From contig JAQUSD010000001.1 of assembly GCA_028715295.1 (NCBI GenBank), forward strand, positions 8,404-72,403: DNA of 64,000 nt, in the 5' to 3' direction. This document shows positions 57,726 to 64,000 of the stretch, one piece after another. Positions within the stretch are counted from its first letter, which is position 1; every line of letters starts with the position of its first letter. A program made the position numbers and the translations under genes. The notes under the pieces were generated by a model. It saw only the letters and a program-made list of their open reading frames with translations. It ran no database searches and was not told the origin of the DNA. This stretch comes from Candidatus Nanoarchaeia archaeon. GTDB lineage: Archaea > Nanobdellota > Nanobdellia > JAQUSD01.

Positions 57726-58275
57726 AGAGATGTATTAAGTTTATCAAACTTAAAAACCTATTGATATAATTTTGAGAAATAGTAAGGAAAAGGTTTCTAT
57801 TATTGGAAAATTTCATAAGGGAAAAAGCTCTCTGTTCAGGTTGTTCCTCGGGAATTTATCTGCCGAAAAGGCTTGAGAGATGGATTTTATTTATAATTTT
57901 TGTACAGTGCACCAGAGCTCCATTTACACTCCACACAAGAACCTGCAACAGAGAGAAACTCTTTCCAAGTTTAACCCTTTGAGCACGTTTTTAGACACAA
58001 AGAACTTTTATACCCTCAGTATGAACATCATCGGGCACTATTCGATGATGTTATAGCAAAAGAGTGTAAACACAGGTGTAGTATTCTTCCATGAATTGCT
58101 ATGCCTTAAATTTCCACCTGCTTTCATTTACAAAATAATAAGAATACTATGAGATATATAAAGATTATTATAGTATGATACAACATAATACTTTTTGTGC
58201 GGAAGGTAATATGTTTTTCTGAAAAACATCACATGTCCTTTACAGAATTTTAATTCTGCAATCTAAATTTTAAAA
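57726..58275. other. 550-nt ORF-free region with locally elevated GC; candidate structured ncRNA or regulatory locus
   Basis: No ORF of 60 aa or more on any frame, in a genome where intergenic spacers are usually under 150 nt. GC is noticeably higher than the flanks at about 57830-58090. It contains GCAACAGAGAGAAAC, reminiscent of the RNase P RNA CR-II ACAGARA motif, but no GGAAAGUCC P4 motif was found. Confidence 0.3.
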
Positions 58276-58473
58276 TTATTGTGTGTGTAATATGTTACTC
58301 AGTTTAGAAACGTATTTCATGCGCTTTTCCAATTCTTCTTTTTTTTCAAGATAATCTGGGCTGCTGTTATCCAGCTCTAAAAGATGTTTGTTAATCCTAA
58401 CCATTCTTTCCTGCAGATATTTTTGTTCGTCAGATAATGCAGTATAATATTTCATCTTCCTAACCCTCAACAT
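58276..58473 (-). CDS. small hypothetical coiled-coil protein
   Basis: 65-aa ORF (MLRVRKMKYYTALSDEQKYLQERMVRINKHLLELDN...). Confidence 0.25.
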   Translation of the reverse strand: MLRVRKMKYYTALSDEQKYLQERMVRINKHLLELDNSSPDYLEKKEELEKRMKYVSKLSNILHTQ

Positions 58474-58585
58474 TTACCTCTCTTATAGCAGTTTATAAAT
58501 TTTGTTTGCTATTTAAAATATTATCAACTGAATTAACCTTACCCTAAAAGAGTTTAAAAGCTTTTTTGTGCTATAAATTGATATT

Positions 58586-59653
58586 ATGAAAAAGGCAGAG
58601 GAGTTTATTAATGAAACTGACAATGAATTGCAGGAAATGCTTCTTAGAAACAAACCTGTAATAAAAGTGGTTGGTGTCGGGGGTGCAGGCAACAACACAA
58701 TAAATAGACTTTATGAGGTAGGGATAACAGATGCTGAACTTATTGCTGTAAATACTGACGCTCAGGACTTGCTTAAGGTTCATGCTGATTCCAAAGTCCT
58801 TATTGGTAAAACAATATCAAAAGGGCTTGGTGCTGGAGCAGACCCTTCCATAGGGAGAGAATCTGCTGAAGAAGGAAAATCAGAACTTAAAAAAGCAATC
58901 AAAGATGCAAATATCATTTTTGTAACATGCGGACTTGGTGGAGGAACAGGCACAGGAGCAATACCTGTTATTGCAAGGCTTGCCAGAGAACAGGGAATAT
59001 TATGCACTGCTGTTGTAACTCTTCCTTTCTCAATCGAAGGAAAATTAAGAATGAAAAATGCGTATGAAGGATTTGAAAATCTTAAAGAACAGGTTGATTC
59101 ATTAATAGTAATCTCAAATGACAAATTACTGGATTTAGTCCCTACCCTGCCCTTAAACAAAGCATTTGAATATGCAGACCAGCTTCTTGCAAACACTATA
59201 AAGGGAATTGTGGAGCTTGTAACACTGCCGGGACTTATGAACCTTGATTTTGCAGATTTAAAAGCTATTATGAAAACAAGCGGATTTGCAATGATAGGTG
59301 TTGGACATTCAAATTCAAATAAACGTGCAGTAGAGGCAGCGGATGAAGCAATACACAACCCACTGCTTGATGTTGATGTCCAGAGGTCTTCTGGAGCTTT
59401 GATAAACATAACCGGAGGGCCTGATATGACTCTTGAAGAAGCAAAACAGGTTGTTGAGAGAATAACAGGGCATCTTTCTCCTGATTCAAAGATAATATGG
59501 GGTGCAAGGATAGACAACTCAATGGAAAGAACAATAAGATTAACTCTTATTCTTACAGGGGTTGATTCAGTAATTCCCTCTTTAGACAACTTCAATGACA
59601 AAAGAACAAAACACCTTGAAGAAGATATGGGTATAGAATTCATCAATGAATGA
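58586..59653 (+). CDS. ftsZ: cell division GTPase FtsZ
   Basis: VIKVVGVGGAGNNTINR, tubulin signature GGGTGTGA, and T7 loop NxDFAD (NLDFADL). Confidence 0.9.
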   Translation: MKKAEEFINETDNELQEMLLRNKPVIKVVGVGGAGNNTINRLYEVGITDAELIAVNTDAQDLLKVHADSKVLIGKTISKGLGAGADPSIGRESAEEGKSELKKAIKDANIIFVTCGLGGGTGTGAIPVIARLAREQGILCTAVVTLPFSIEGKLRMKNAYEGFENLKEQVDSLIVISNDKLLDLVPTLPLNKAFEYADQLLANTIKGIVELVTLPGLMNLDFADLKAIMKTSGFAMIGVGHSNSNKRAVEAADEAIHNPLLDVDVQRSSGALINITGGPDMTLEEAKQVVERITGHLSPDSKIIWGARIDNSMERTIRLTLILTGVDSVIPSLDNFNDKRTKHLEEDMGIEFINE

Positions 59654-59688
59654 ATTCTATTAATTTATTTTTTAGGATTAATACATTC

Positions 59689-60477
59689 TTAACAGCTGAA
59701 TTCAAACCTGTTTTCTCCAGATTCAGAAGTGCATATTACATTATTGTTTTCAATGTGATAATATTTAATGGAAGCGTCGTTCATTTTAAGAATACAGCAT
59801 TTAAATCTTGCATAATGCCCCACTAAAGTGCTGTAATCTTTTCCAGCAGTGTTAATTACCAGGTTAAGCTCGTTTATTGTATCTATAAAGCTTACAGCTT
59901 CTTTTTTAAGAGAATTTATTTCAGAAGCTGAATCAGAAAGCAAACTCCTGAATTCAATATTCTCTGTGTTTGCTGAATTGAGGCTGTTAACGCAGGAGGT
60001 AAACTGTGTTGTTGTATTGCTTAATGTTCTGCTAAGCCTTTCAGTTTCGCTTGTTTTTAAGCTTAGTTCACTGTTGCATGTCAACAACTGATTATTCAGA
60101 ATTGCATTTCTTGCTGAGCTTTCCTGATAAAGAGTTTCATAATCCTTAATGCATGTGTCAAACTTGTTTTCCACAATAGAAAGTCCTGTGATTCTTGAAC
60201 CCATTGCACCAACAGCAATTAGGAAAGTTATTACAGTTGCAACATAAATTTTGTTCTTATCAACGAAATCAACAGCGTGGTACAATGCTTTTTTTGTTGT
60301 TTTTTTAACATTATGGCTTATTACCTGATTTTTTTCTGAATTTAGCTGGAAACCTGACGCCTTCCCAAAAGAACCCCCTTCATACCCAAACTGAAGCTCC
60401 TTTTTCTTATTCATTAAAGCAAACTTATCCTTTATTAAAGAATAACTTTTTTTAACCAACCTTTTTAGTTTTTTCAT
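59689..60477 (-). CDS. membrane-anchored coiled-coil protein, unknown function
   Basis: N-terminal basic region, one TM helix (VATVITFLIAVGAMGS), Ser/Thr/Asn-rich coiled-coil ectodomain. Confidence 0.4.
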   Translation of the reverse strand: MKKLKRLVKKSYSLIKDKFALMNKKKELQFGYEGGSFGKASGFQLNSEKNQVISHNVKKTTKKALYHAVDFVDKNKIYVATVITFLIAVGAMGSRITGLSIVENKFDTCIKDYETLYQESSARNAILNNQLLTCNSELSLKTSETERLSRTLSNTTTQFTSCVNSLNSANTENIEFRSLLSDSASEINSLKKEAVSFIDTINELNLVINTAGKDYSTLVGHYARFKCCILKMNDASIKYYHIENNNVICTSESGENRFEFSC

Positions 60478-60564
60478 TTATGTTCCATAATAAATAATTC
60501 ACATTTATAACTGTTTTTCTAATCAGGATAGATTTTTATATCTGCAAGTTCAATATTCAAAATA

Positions 60565-61908
60565 ATGGAAAAAGAGAAGTTTATAGATGATGTTGTTGCT
60601 CAGCTAAAAGAATTTAAGAAAAAAGGTGATTTTGAAAAGTATTACTCCTGGCTTGATTATTATGAAGAAAAATATCCTGAATGGTATGAAAAAATAAGCA
60701 AAAGACTTGATGAGACATATGAAAAAGAATTTGGGGAGTTAGCTGATGAAATGGAAGAAGAAACAGAAGAAATAAGGGAAGAAGAAATTAAGGATGAAAA
60801 TAGAAAGGACAAAAAAAATTTCCGGAATTTCAGCTTTGAGGATATTGCATATATTTTCAGAAATATCAAAACCCCTAAGCTAAAAACAAAAACACTGTTT
60901 ATACCTGTTGCTGTTGCAGGGTTACTTTTTGCAGTATACCTTATAGCCGTGTTTTCTCCTGATTATGGGCCACTGATTATAGCCAGAATAGGCGACAACA
61001 ATGTTGCAGAGGCATATAGGGCAGGAGCAACAGACTGGACAGCAAGATACTTAAATTCAAAAAATGAACTCACAACAGTAAACATGAAGATTTCCTCTTT
61101 TGATTATGTTCTGACAGCGGTCCAGAATAATGCAGAGGATTCGGTTGAATTTGAATATCTAAACAATAATAAGGTAATTAAAACAGGGGACAAGTATATT
61201 TGGAGAACAAGAGGGTATACTATTGTTACATCTACATCAGACAGTGATTTTGAAGTAATAAAGTATTACCTTGGCTTTTACCCTGCTGAAGATGTGCAGA
61301 TTGAATTCTGCAACATAAATGATGACTGCAATGAACTTTATCAGTGTACAAACAAGGTTTGCGGGCCGGTTATTTGTGCTACTGGACAATATGCTTCAAA
61401 CCACAGATGTGTTTACCATGCATGCACTGATGACAGTATGTGCGATGACGATGCTGAATGTATTAATAATGTGTGTGTATCTCTAATATGCGAACCAGAT
61501 GAATATGCTTCAAATCATGCATGCATCAAGCACCAGTGCATAAGCGACAGCAACTGCAATGAAAATTATTTTTGCGAGGATAATGTTTGTGTAACTTGCT
61601 TTGAAACTGAGAGATGCGACTGCAGGGTTTATCTTTCGCTTGGTTATGAATGCTGTTATGATGATGACTGTGGTTCCGGATTGATATGCAGAAATTACAA
61701 GTGTGTTGAGTGTACTGCTGAAAATGGATGTGAATGCAAATTGGATTCAGACTGCAGTCCAAGATGCATGGCTAAGGTTTACTCAGATTATAGATGTATC
61801 GACAATATATGCTCAGATATAAGAAATGAAAGAATTGTAGAATGCTGTGGGGATTATGACTGCTCTGGAGACAAAACATGCAATCTAGACAGCCATTTAT
61901 GCGGATAA
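60565..61908 (+). CDS. membrane-anchored protein with C-terminal tandem Cys-rich (6-Cys) repeats
   Basis: Acidic N-terminus, TM helix (LFIPVAVAGLLFAVYLIAVF), then about 6 repeats of the form C-x-[DN]-[DN]-x-C-x(4-6)-C-x-[DN]-N-x-C-x(3-5)-C (e.g. CTDDSMCDDDAECINNVCVSLIC). Confidence 0.5.
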   Translation: MEKEKFIDDVVAQLKEFKKKGDFEKYYSWLDYYEEKYPEWYEKISKRLDETYEKEFGELADEMEEETEEIREEEIKDENRKDKKNFRNFSFEDIAYIFRNIKTPKLKTKTLFIPVAVAGLLFAVYLIAVFSPDYGPLIIARIGDNNVAEAYRAGATDWTARYLNSKNELTTVNMKISSFDYVLTAVQNNAEDSVEFEYLNNNKVIKTGDKYIWRTRGYTIVTSTSDSDFEVIKYYLGFYPAEDVQIEFCNINDDCNELYQCTNKVCGPVICATGQYASNHRCVYHACTDDSMCDDDAECINNVCVSLICEPDEYASNHACIKHQCISDSNCNENYFCEDNVCVTCFETERCDCRVYLSLGYECCYDDDCGSGLICRNYKCVECTAENGCECKLDSDCSPRCMAKVYSDYRCIDNICSDIRNERIVECCGDYDCSGDKTCNLDSHLCG

Positions 61909-61909
61909 G

Positions 61910-62116
61910 TCAGATGGTTGTATGCCTGTGATAAACTTCTGAACTTTGCCTTGACAATATATCAAGTAAAATTGCGTTCTTTTTCTCCTGCCCCTCACGT
62001 TCTTCTGGAGTCATTATAAGCTCGTATGCGTTAAGGATTATCCCCACAAGAGGTTCGTTCCTGACTTTGATGCTTTTTTCAGGTTTTATTTTGTAGCTGT
62101 TTGTGTCGGGTATCAT
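61910..62116 (-). CDS. small hypothetical protein
   Basis: 68-aa ORF downstream of the SNF2 gene. No motif. Confidence 0.25.
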   Translation of the reverse strand: MIPDTNSYKIKPEKSIKVRNEPLVGIILNAYELIMTPEEREGQEKKNAILLDILSRQSSEVYHRHTTI

Positions 62117-62149
62117 GAGATAAACAGAGAAGATTCTGCAATTTAAAAT

Positions 62150-64000
62150 TTATCTTATAAAAACGACTGAGGCATTTACAAGTTCTGCATTTACGTTTAG
62201 CTTTATTTTACTTCTCAATTCTTCTATATCCTTTATTCTTTCTTCGTGGAGTTTTTTTTCATAACTTATTTTTCTTTTAAGCATTCTTTCAAGTTTCTCT
62301 GATTCTTTTTCAATGGCCTCTCTGTATTTTTTTCTTACGCTTAAATTATTTTCTTCTGTTTTTGAAAATCCGTTTTCAAGACTCTTTACTCTTGCTTTCT
62401 GGGATTCAATTTTGCATTTCATATCAAAAAAACAGTCGTTGTAATAATCATCAATAATCTTCATGCTTCTTGAAAAGATAATTTCGTTTTCCTTTCTTAT
62501 TTCGCTTACTCTTTTATTTACCATGCTGTTTATTAATTCCATGCTTTTTGAAACCAAAGGTTCGATCCTGAAATTAATTTCGTCTGGTTCAGCATCAGAA
62601 CAGGGAATGAAATTAAGACTTCTTGAAAGTTTTTCATCAAAATTTCCTTCAGAGTTTATATAAACAGGCAGCATTTCTTCATGTTTATGGAATGTATCGT
62701 ATGTGATCTTATAATTAAATAAAATTCCACTGCTGTTTTTGTAATTGATAAGATTTTTATCAATAAGTTTTTTCGCTGTATAACCTTTTTTTCGTGAATG
62801 CTCAACAGCGTATCTTAAAAGTCCGTTTCCGTAGGTTACAAATTTAACTTTTTCATTTTCAATTGCTTTTTCATTTAAAAAAGTAATCAAATGCTCCTGT
62901 TCTGTCAGGTAAGTGTTCTTTAGAATGTGCTTTGGGGTTCTAAAAAGGAAAACCTCGTCTTCAGGAGTTTTATAACTTACATTGTAATAATCAAGATAGT
63001 CCATAAAAAACTTTTTGATAAGCAGATATTCCTTTCTTGGGCTAAAAATATTTTCAATGTTAAAATCCTCTGTATTAAGCCCCATTTTTTCCATTACACT
63101 TTTGTCAAGCTGTATTATACCCTCATACTTCTCCCTTGCTTGTTCTATTTTCTTACCAAGCTCTTCCATTTTCTTATTTTCTTCTTCATTGGTTTTTGCT
63201 GATGCAAACATATCCATTATTCTTTTCTCAAAATTTGAATCACTGCTTATTTCCCCAAGTATAATGTCAAGCTCGCCTATTGCCTGATGGAAAAGCTGTA
63301 TTTTATCCTGAAGAAGTTTCACAACATGCTCTTCAATAGTTCCTTTTGTTGCAAAATTAAATATTTTTACATCCTTTTTCTGCCCTATCCGGTGTATCCT
63401 GCCTATCCTCTGTTCAACACGCATAGGGTTCCATGGGAGGTCATAGTTAATCAATATGTGTGCAAACTGAAGGTTTCTCCCTTCACCCCCCGCCTCAGTG
63501 CATATCAGAACCTGAACATCTTTTTTAAACTGTTCAACAGCATCGTCTTTTTCCTCAGCACTCATTGAACCATTAAAGACAGCAACCTTGTATCCGTGTG
63601 ATTCAAGAGTCTTCTGGAGAAAAATCTGGGTCTGCCTGAATTCTGTAAATATAAGGACTTTCTCTTTGTCTTTTCTTATTTCATCTCTTTTCATAATTTC
63701 AAGGAGCATGCTTGCTTTTGTATCTGTTTTTATTGCTGATGCAAGTTCATAAAGTTCCTTAAGCTTGTTTTTTTCAAGAGTTATTTCTTTTTTTGAAATC
63801 TTGGATTCTTCTCCATTATGGGAATCGTCATTATAATCTTCATCAATATCATCGCTTAGTCTATAGTTCAGGTTTTCAAGAGATAAAATTCTTCTTTTAA
63901 GAGAATCTCTGACTGAAGCACTGCTACTTGTAAGCATTCTCTGGAGGATTATAAGAAGAAATGTTCTCGTTACTTTTTTTTCTTTTACTGCTTCAAGGTA
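62150..64000 (-). CDS. SNF2/Swi2-family helicase, C-terminal part (the N-terminal SNF2_N ATPase lobe lies beyond the window edge) with ~350-aa C-terminal extension of unknown function
   Basis: Helicase-C lobe motifs (VLIFTEF, LICTEAGGEGRNLQ, and motif VI QRIGRIHRIGQ with DLPWNP characteristic of SNF2). The frame stays open upstream of the first Met to position 64000. The C-terminal region, after the helicase core, is coiled-coil-rich with no recognisable domain. Confidence 0.7.
   Translation of the reverse strand, partial: YLEAVKEKKVTRTFLLIILQRMLTSSSASVRDSLKRRILSLENLNYRLSDDIDEDYNDDSHNGEESKISKKEITLEKNKLKELYELASAIKTDTKASMLLEIMKRDEIRKDKEKVLIFTEFRQTQIFLQKTLESHGYKVAVFNGSMSAEEKDDAVEQFKKDVQVLICTEAGGEGRNLQFAHILINYDLPWNPMRVEQRIGRIHRIGQKKDVKIFNFATKGTIEEHVVKLLQDKIQLFHQAIGELDIILGEISSDSNFEKRIMDMFASAKTNEEENKKMEELGKKIEQAREKYEGIIQLDKSVMEKMGLNTEDFNIENIFSPRKEYLLIKKFFMDYLDYYNVSYKTPEDEVFLFRTPKHILKNTYLTEQEHLITFLNEKAIENEKVKFVTYGNGLLRYAVEHSRKKGYTAKKLIDKNLINYKNSSGILFNYKITYDTFHKHEEMLPVYINSEGNFDEKLSRSLNFIPCSDAEPDEINFRIEPLVSKSMELINSMVNKRVSEIRKENEIIFSRSMKIIDDYYNDCFFDMKCKIESQKARVKSLENGFSKTEENNLSVRKKYREAIEKESEKLERMLKRKISYEKKLHEERIKDIEELRSKIKLNVNAELVNASVVFIR

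Noticed and set aside
57726-58275. Confident call of RNase P RNA or SRP RNA in the ORF-free region
   Set aside because: A CR-II-like ACAGAGAG stretch is present. The universally conserved P4 strand (GGAAAGUCC) and the SRP helix-8 motif (GAAGCAGCC) were not found on either strand by eye. It is left as an unassigned candidate ncRNA or regulatory region.
58780-59646. 288-aa ORF antisense to ftsZ
   Set aside because: It lies entirely within the strongly conserved ftsZ gene, and its low-complexity Ser/Pro/Ile-rich translation is typical of a shadow ORF.
1-64000. CRISPR arrays, rRNA genes, IS elements or integrases
   Set aside because: I saw no regularly spaced short direct repeats, no rRNA-like conserved stretches, and no ORF with tyrosine or serine recombinase or DDE transposase motifs. 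The only repeats seen are the hicBA-flanking pair and the 13-nt tRNA-end duplication.

Overview
This is an AT-rich, gene-dense archaeal chromosomal segment, judging by the Alba, S17e, L10e, archaeal AspRS, split LplA/LplB and tRNAs without encoded CCA. The lysine-rich proteome and many Cys-rich/secreted proteins suggest a DPANN-like small-genome archaeon. Most of the window is housekeeping. It carries a 5'-truncated HerA-like ATPase, tRNA-Leu(UAA), PolX, RNase Z, XPD helicase, S17e, Alba, TatD, enolase, PEP synthase, L10e, a cell-envelope/lipid gene set (GT, LmbE, PAP2, DedA, MscS, MscL, UppP) and AspRS. It also carries a lipoylation/2-oxoacid dehydrogenase cluster (LipA, E1 alpha, E1 beta, E2, split LplA), a Trm112/methyltransferase pair, MinD, FtsZ and a SNF2-family helicase that runs off the right edge. 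The clearest accessory region lies next to tRNA-Ser(UGA) at about 38.6-45.4 kb. It holds an MmeI-like single-chain type IIG restriction-modification enzyme co-transcribed with a small HExxH membrane protein, a DUF2283 protein, a PIN-like protein, a hicBA cassette bracketed by ~100-nt direct repeats, a RelE/ParE-like gene and a short duplication of the tRNA 3' end. Other candidates for uncharacterised systems are an SPFH operon with a 916-aa P-loop NTPase convergent with a 571-aa multi-winged-helix protein (12.0-17.4 kb), an enlarged UPF0175-like/PIN-like pair (19.3-20.5 kb), and a 550-nt ORF-free, GC-elevated stretch (57.7-58.3 kb) that may be a structured RNA. I saw no CRISPR array, rRNA, integrase or transposase.
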